This document shows, in pieces, positions 41,002-64,000 of a DNA stretch of 64,000 bases (position 1 is the first letter of the stretch; every line of letters begins with the position of its first letter). The notes beneath the pieces are model-generated. The model ran no database searches. It had not been told where the DNA came from and worked only from the letters and a program-made list of their open reading frames with translations. The position numbers and the translations under genes were made by a program. The DNA comes from the human T2T-CHM13v2.0 reference genome, Homo sapiens, in the NCBI RefSeq assembly GCF_009914755.1, contig NC_060929.1. The stretch is one strand, 5' to 3'.

Positions 41002-41961
41002 TGTGGGGAAAAGCAAGAGAGATCAGATTGTTACCGTGTCTGTGTGGAAAGAAGTAGACATAGGAGACTCCATTTTGTTCTGTACTAAGAAAAATTCTTC
41101 TGCCTTGAGATTCTGTGACCTTATCCCCAACCCCGTGCTCTCTGAAACATGTGCTGTGTCAACTCAGAGTTGAATGGATTAAGGGCAGTGCAAGATGTGC
41201 TTTGTTAAACAGATGCTTGAAGGCAGCATGCTCCTTAAGAGTCATCACCACTCCCTAATCTCAAGTACCCAGGGACACAAAAACTGCGGAAGACCGCAGG
41301 GACCTCTGCCTAGGAAAGCCAGGTATTGTCCAAGGTTTCTCCCCATGTGATAGTCTGAAATATGGCCTCGTGGGAAGGGAAAGACCTGACCGTCCCCCAG
41401 CCCAACACCCGTAAAGGGTCTGTGCTGAGGAGGATTAGTAAAAGAGGAAGGAATGCCTCTTGCAGTTGAGACAAGAGGAAGGCATCTGTCTCCTGCCTGT
41501 CCCTGGGCAATGGAATGTCTCGGTATAAAACCCGATTGTATGCTCCATCTACTGAGATAGGGAAAAACCGCCTTAGGGCTGGAGGTGGGACCTGCGGGCA
41601 GCAATACTGCTTTGTAAAGCATTGAGATGTTTATGTGTATGCATATCTAAAAGCACAGCACTTAATCCTTTACATTGTCTATGATGCAAAGACCTTTGTT
41701 CACGTGTTTGTCTGCTGACCCTCTCCCCACAATTGTCTTGTGACCCTGACACATCCCCCTCTTTGAGAAACACCCACAAATGATGAATAAATACTAAGGG
41801 AACTCAGAGGCTGGCGGGATCCTCCATATGCTGAACGCTGGTTCCCCGGGTCCCCTTATTTCTTTCTCTATACTTTGTCTCTGTGTCTTTCTCTTTTCCA
41901 AATCTCTCGTCCCACCTTACAAGAAACACCCACAGGTGTGGAGGGGCAACCCACCCCTACA
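41002..41961 (+). mobile_element. HERV-K(HML-2) solo LTR, LTR5_Hs-like (960 bp)
   Basis: TGTGGGGAAAAGCAAGAGAGATCAG...CCACCCCTACA; perfect 6-bp TSD GGTACT at 40996-41001 and 41962-41967. Confidence 0.96.
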
Positions 41962-42336
41962 GGTACTCTTTTGCACTGGTAAAATAATAGCTTTGAAAAG
42001 GGTTATTGAGCCAGTTTACATGTGAGTCTACCCTTAGGAAATCTCAGTGTGACTGTGAAGTTCATTACCATGGCTAGAAAAATGACAAAAGATTTTCTTC
42101 CTGTAGTGTGTGTTAGGTTATGTCTTTCATGTGGGAAATATGGTAGGTTATCATTTTCAAAGTATAATTTGTAGAAAGTAAAAAGCATGGCCCTTAACAC
42201 AAATATTTAAGTAAGCACATGTCAAATATTTACTTACCTTGTTAATTGGGGAGCCATCAAGATGGTGAAACTGGTTCACAGGAGAATTCAAGAGACTGAA
42301 TATCTGCAATTTATGAAAGAAATAATCTAGAAATAA

Positions 42337-44230
<1,894 letters not shown>

Positions 44231-44546
44231 TGGAATTCCCTTTTCTATCCAACAGATATAATTTACAACTCTACTCTAGAAAAATCATTTTCATGTACAA
44301 AGTTGCATCTTTGGTGCACCTTTATGAAATAATAGATAAATGCACCAAAATAAATAAATGCACAAAGGTGCATTTATTTATTCTTATAAAGTTAATGTTT
44401 GCTGTTGGGGAAAAGCATGGGCTTTGGGGTCAGACAATCCTGGTTTTGTATCTTAGTTGGAATGTCTGTTTTTGTGTTACTCTGAGCAAATATTGCATTG
44501 TATTTCATTTCTCTAAGGGTCAGTTTCCTCATATGAATATAGGGAT

Positions 44547-46625
<2,079 letters not shown>

Positions 46626-48229
46626 AGTCACTTGCCCATTCTCTAAGAGTATCCCATTATTGAAGACATTTCTGAACTAATTGATTTGCCTATATCAGGT
46701 TTACTGGCTTAAGAAGTGATTGAGAAGAGTAATAAAAACACAAGTCGGGTTTTTATTGCCAAAACAAAAACAGAAAATTATCCTGAGACTTCATTACTCA
46801 TTTCTATTGTGGCAGATGCTGATGTTGCATCTGCCTGTTCTTGGAACATTTCTCTCACCACTCAAACTATACTTCCATTAGAAGACTGAAGAGGGAAGAA
46901 ATAGAGAAAAACTTTTTCTATGGTGGCTTCATATCATAGTTCAATCTCACTTGATAGGTCAACTGCAAATTTATGATAAATCATGATATATGATGCCACA
47001 TGATTCTACCATTGAAATATATTCAATCTCTCAGATAAAAGATGGTTGTTACAAAGGGGTAAAAAAAAGAAACCCTTTACTGGGTTTATTGAATTGGCAA
47101 CTTGCTTTAAACCCTAAACAGTGGCAGTACTATTATTGTGCTCTGAACAGAGTGGGTGTTCCACAAATTCTTATTAATTATCTGTGATAAGAAGTCACAG
47201 GAAAAGAAAACAATCTACACATGGAACTATCCCAGTTAGAATTTGACAAAGACATTTGGCTTTTTAAAAAACCAACCCTCTTTTTGAAAATGTTTCTATT
47301 ATTGCTTTTATTTTAATTAAAAATCTTTTGTTTGTACAGCCACAGCTATGAATATATCTCAGGGCTTTCCAAAATACCTTACAATTGTGGCATGAGGTCA
47401 AACCACTGAAAAAGACAATGGAGTGGATTGATGAACAGAGGAGAAAATTGCCTGCATGTCTGGACTTCTTCCTTTCAGGCTCCCACGAGCTCCGCCGAGA
47501 AGAGGCTGCCAATAGTGTATAAAGGTCTGCCCTTGGCTGCAAATAACTATGCTATTCTGAGGACGAGGCCACTATAAGGCAATGAAGCCAGTGTATTTGT
47601 GAGTTGAACTCAGAACTTCAGATTCCTACAAGGAGGTTTCTAGTGGATCATGCTAAGTCAGAATGAAATCAGAATTAGATCAATGCTTTTCTAAAGGTGC
47701 ATGTACTGAGAGTGCACAGAAAGCCAGAATTCACGATGCCAGTCTCTGGTCTGAACCCCATACAGGCAGGTTAGTTTGGCCCTGATCCCAGCATGCACAT
47801 TTCTCTCTGCACTTCTAGTCAGCTGTGTGACCAGCGACAGTTGTTAGGATGGGTGGAAAGTAGGCAGAAATCTGTGTATACCCATCACTCTTGGAAAACC
47901 AGTCATAAGCCTGACAGATGTTTTTATAGACAGAAGGCAGAATATTAACTAGTGATCAGAAAATTAAGGCAATTTTGTCTCAAATTGTCTTTCTTCTGCC
48001 ATTGTGATCATAGTATCCTGGGCCATGCCAGGATATAAAGTTGGTTGGGGCTATTGTTGTGGTTGCTTATCAGGAGGAAATCGTTTTCTAAATCAGCATG
48101 TTTCCTATGTTCCCATTTTTGCTAATGGTACCACCACTTTCCTGTTATCCAGCCTTGAAACCTCAGAGACTCACCCTAAACTCTTCTATCATCCACCACA
48201 TATAATTAGCCAGTACAGTCAACTTATTA

Positions 48230-48769
<540 letters not shown>

Positions 48770-49299
48770 CTATGAAAATCCAGCCTGGAGTTGCACTTCC
48801 CATCTTATCTCCCTGGGAAGATAGGGAAGATCTCTATCTTCCCAAATTAGTCTGTCTACTGACCCTAAAATATTTGACTAATTCCTACTCTCCTTTGCCT
48901 TTCCAAGGCTGTGGCCCCTGCCTGGGATGCTCTCCTTTGCCAGTACTTAGTCATGCACCCTGGTGTTCTTAGGTCACTTCTCTGTATATAGCTCTTGCCT
49001 CCCCAGCTAAATATCCTACTCTGTACTGGCTGGTTCTGCAATCTGTGTTTTTAGCTTCAAATAACTTCTTAGATATATATGTTTTTTTTAAAGCTGTATT
49101 ATTTGAATTTTTGGTATAAAATTATGGAATCCAGGCTATGGTGAGTTACTGATTGTCATCCACTTGTCTATGCATTCTGGAACCTGGTGGGTTCTATATG
49201 ATAAATGGCATCTACACACTAAATAATTTGTCCTAGGTGAAAATACTGAAATATAGAGTAGTATTGCTGACAGGAATTTAAGTGACTGTCTCCCACCTG

Positions 49300-49457
49300 G
49301 CAATTCAAAGTTGGGTTCACAGACTGGCAGTGTTGTATCAACTGGGAGTTTGTTAGAAATGTCACATCTTGGGCCCACCCCTGGCCTGCTGATCAGACTC
49401 TGTATTATAACAAGATACCTGGATAATTTGTGTGCACGGGAAAGTCTGAGAAGCACT
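49300..49457. mobile_element. MER5A-like hAT element
   Basis: tcaaagttggg...gtttgttagaaatg...aacaagatacctggataatttgtgtgcac...gagaagcact. Confidence 0.65.
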
Positions 49458-49624
49458 AAGACAATCCCCACCAAGATCTAGAGGGATTGCATGACATGGT
49501 AAAAAGGAGGCGGTGTGACTTAAATGGAAATTATTCTGAAGTATGCACCAGAAGTGGTGTGTTTCATGTCATTTACCAGCTGGTGATTCTGGAAAAAAAT
49601 CACTTAACCATTCTGAACTTTGTT

Positions 49625-52095
<2,471 letters not shown>

Positions 52096-52679
52096 TTGAT
52101 ATATTAAGCCAAAAAGGAGGTAGATCATAACATTATATATTAAGTATGATCTCAACTATGTTAACAAAAAAAAAAGTGTTTGGGAAAAAGACTACAGGGA
52201 GCCATAGGAAAATCTGAAGAGTGCTTGTCTCTGAGCAGTGTCATTTTTAGTTCTGCTTTTCATTTTAAAAAACGATACTGATTACTTTTGATCAGTGTAC
52301 ACAGGAATGCCTAAAATGAATTAGGAAAACTAATTGTTACTCTAAATGCACACAATGAAAGTGAAGTTGTGTTTGCTGGTTAGTAGCTGTGGTTACTTTT
52401 AAAATAATGTCTTGGTTCCCTCCCCCACCCACTCCTGCTGCTTCCTCTCTCATTTTGAATAGGAAATGCGTACATAAGATTTAAAAAAAAATTTTTAGTC
52501 CCAACATTACAGTTAGGTACACAATATAGTAAATCTCCCTTCTACCTGCTCTCTCAGGCCAATTTCTGATATCCCAGAAGCAACCACTGATATCAGTTTC
52601 TTCTGTTCCCTTCCAGTCTATGAATTTCTCCTAAAAAGTAATACACTAGAGGTTCTTCTACACCTCTTTTTCTTTTTAA

Positions 52680-54300
<1,621 letters not shown>

Positions 54301-54774
54301 TGAGTTGTCCTTTGTTATTATTTTTGACTATTCTTCAAACTCAGGCAGAGTCCCACGTCAGGGCTCCCAGGAAGCAGTGCTTTTCCAGAAAGCTGTATGG
54401 GAAGCAGTTTTTCTTTACCAAATAAATCCAAGCTATCTATACAGCTTCAGGCTCTTGAGTGCTTGGGAATCCTATTGTCTATTCTTAGCAAATGCTTAGC
54501 CTATCAGAGTTAACCTTTAATAAGCATTGCTTCCACTGATGGACTGGATGCATCCTAGGCCTCTTTCATCATTGGTTTTCTGCTTTACATATTCACTAGA
54601 GTCCAGATGATACCAGTGAACCTACTGGGAAGCCATGGATGTCATCCAAGATTGGTCTAGGTCTAAGTTGTCCATGAGGTTAGAGAGCAACATCTATGCT
54701 CTTCTGCAGACCCTCTCAGTTGACAGCTGGAACTTCTCACAGGGCAAACTGATCTACTGGTTTTGCTCTCTGTC

Positions 54775-55400
54775 TCCAGGCTCTATCCCTAACATTTGTG
54801 GAATGCAGGGCAAGAATACAAATGAAGGCCCACATACCATGTGTCTAAATATTTAAAAGTTATAAATCAAGCCAATATAGCTGTAAATGGCATATTTAAT
54901 CCTCCTACATTTACAAATATACCTTCATAATGAGCAGGAAGGCTGGCTTCAAATTTGGCATTATCAGAGTTTCACTCTGGAATGTGGCAACATGGGGAAA
55001 AAACAGCCTCTGGCCTGTTCTCCATTCTTCTCCCTCCCCTGAACACCCTGCATCTCTCTTCCAGGGACTCTTGCACACATGTGTGGATACCCTAGTTATT
55101 CATACCCCCATACATAAATCCCCCGTGGCCAACTCTTTGGCTTGGAAAGTGTATACTAGAGGCACAGTTGACCCACTGGTGTTCAGACTTCAGCAAAAGG
55201 TCTGTGCAAGAAGCAGGTGCAGGGGTGCTGTTTTAGTGCCAAGATTCTTGGAACACAATCTAGAAGGGAGTGAGCTTGGCTCCTTGGATTCCTGGCCCTC
55301 GGGGGAGGACCATGTCTGGAGGATAATCACAGCTGGGCCCTCTATAGTGTCTGGCCTGGGAAAGGTCTGTCTTGATCCAGTCCACCTCCTGTCCACCTAG
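54775..55400. mobile_element. Probable old hAT-type DNA transposon relic
   Basis: gggcaagaatacaaatgaaggcccacatacc...tctaaatatttaaaagttataaatcaagc resembles a recalled hAT-Tip100 consensus; family uncertain. Confidence 0.4.
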
Positions 55401-55459
55401 TGCATTAGTACACAATGTGCTGCTGAAGAACTCCCTGAGACTTTTTGTTTGCATTTTCT

Positions 55460-57223
<1,764 letters not shown>

Positions 57224-57456
57224 AGTGCCTATTGCTCCTTATTCCCTCCAACATTGGATATTAGTAAGATTTTAAATCTTTATCAATCTGATAGGCAAAC
57301 AATTGAAATAAATGTTCTCTCTCTCTCTCATAAACTGACAGCTCATATCCTTTGCCCTGGCTGTTCTTTTATTTCTGAGTGATTATATAAAAAACTATTG
57401 TGTATTTTACAACTGCTTCTCAATTTTTGTCTTTGGATTTGGTTTGTGGTATTTTT

Positions 57457-60328
<2,872 letters not shown>

Positions 60329-60779
60329 TTAAAGTTCATTTTTTTCCACATAGAACAATTTCTGTGTGATGTCTTCATAGCTTTTAATAATGATTGATGG
60401 TTAATTAAACTGTTGGGTTGAAAGCGTTTGAAGTAAACAGAATACAGGGGTTTTTTGGTAGAAACACTGAAGTCAGCTTGCAGATCTCCTGTTGCATTCC
60501 AGGCAGGGCGAGAACTGAGACCCTGGGGAGCATGTAGAAGGTGACCTGAAACTCTGTTCCTCGGCATGGGGGCTGAGGGGACTGGCTTCTGCTGGATGGA
60601 AAATGCAAGCTGAGTGGTTTAAAGAAAAGGAGTGGAAAATAGGTAACAGCCAGTATGGCTGTAGCAGGCCTAGGGAGGAAGATGGGGTGGAGAGAAAGAG
60701 ATGTGGTGGATGTGGTAAGGAGTGGAAATTTGAGGAAAGGAAGAGGTTTAAAGATAATTTTTGAGAAGTTTATCAGTAT

Positions 60780-61225
60780 GATAGTTGATTCTCACAAACT
60801 TGCAGTGAAAACCACATTATACGTCATGCTTTAAAGTTCATCTTGGTCATGTCTTTGATGCAAAAGTGGGAGACAGGCCCCAAGGCAGGGGCTGGTGAAG
60901 GCAGTGCCAGCCCAAGGCAGCCAACTATGTTTATGGTCCACTGTGGCCACATTGAGGCTGACCCCCCAGCATTCATTCCACTGCTGGATAATGAATCCAA
61001 GACACTTAGGATAACTCCCCCCTTTCTCGCCAGGGGTCAGTTCAGAAATTTGTGCCAATGAGATATCAGGGGAGGCTTGCTAGGGACTTTCAGAAAAGAG
61101 AAGTGTCTTTCTTGCTGAAAGAGAATAGGAAAGCATGTTGTCCCAGGTCATGTGGCCTCAAGGGGAACTTGTCTTAGAAAGAAGCTGAACAGGAGGATAG
61201 CAGAGAGACAGTTAGAAGGTGGTGG

Positions 61226-61264
<39 letters not shown>

Positions 61265-61490
61265 GGGGTGGGGAGAGGGAGAGAGGGACAGAGGGAGAAA
61301 AAAAAAAAAAGAAAGAAAGAAGCTGGGTCCCTAAAGACAGTTCCTCATGGTTAAGCCCCTGAATCTACCAACTCTGAAGTCTGCCAACCTCTAGTCTTCC
61401 TGTTAGGTGGAATAATAAAATAAATGTCCTTAATCTTTAAGTCTGTGGAAGTCAGATTTTTTGTTACTTGCAGCTGAAACATTCTAATTG
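60780..61490 (+). mobile_element. Old MLT1-class LTR with (GT)n microsatellite at 61230-61263
   Basis: 3' end ttttttgttacttgcagctgaaacattctaa is typical of MLT1J/K/L. Confidence 0.55.
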
Positions 61491-61918
61491 ACATACAGAG
61501 TAAAGTTTGAACAAGACTCAGTTCAGACCAAATACTTAGACTGGATCTTTTCTCAAGAGCCATTCCAAACGGTTTGGGGTTCCCAGGATAGTCCACGTTC
61601 TCTCTCACCTGAGGGTCTTTGCACACCCCATTCCTTCCTCCTGGAACACTCCTCCCTCTGCTCTTTGCATCCTTGACTCGGGCTCAACTCCAGGGCTCTG
61701 ATAGGAGTCAGGGGCTATGAAAAGATCTCCCCGAGCCCTCGCGTGTGAGTTGAATGTTCCTTTCACATGCTCCCACCAAGCCTTGTGCTTTTCTGGGCAT
61801 AGCTATTTTGCAGACTGTCTGGAGACTGCCCATATCTCTGTGTCTGTTTTGGTCACCATTATCTCTGCAATGCTGGCACATTGCCATACTACATGCTCAA
61901 TGGTTGCCAAATGAATAA

Positions 61919-64000
<2,082 letters not shown>

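Overview
Human (primate) genomic DNA, very repeat-rich, and consistent with chr5q11.2. A perfect-consensus AluYb8 points to human. It contains the CpG-island promoter and first coding exon of PLPP1 (PPAP2A, minus strand) and the 5' part of the RNF138 processed pseudogene inside PLPP1 intron 1. About 59 kb of upstream intergenic DNA follows. That region holds a near full-length (~7 kb) AK4 processed pseudogene, which shares one 16-bp target-site duplication with an adjacent Alu and splits a MER5 element. It also holds a HERV-K(HML-2) LTR5_Hs-type solo LTR, a MER31 LTR, a 5'-truncated L1PA, several old L1/MLT/DNA-transposon relics and roughly 55 Alus. I see no convincing new gene system; almost all predicted ORFs are Alu/L1/GC-content artefacts. 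The most unusual structures are an unexplained 158-bp, 97.5%-identical inverted repeat about 1 kb upstream of the PLPP1 promoter, and the Alu-AK4 composite retro-insertion. Repeat names and boundaries come from recalled consensus sequences and are approximate unless a TSD is quoted.
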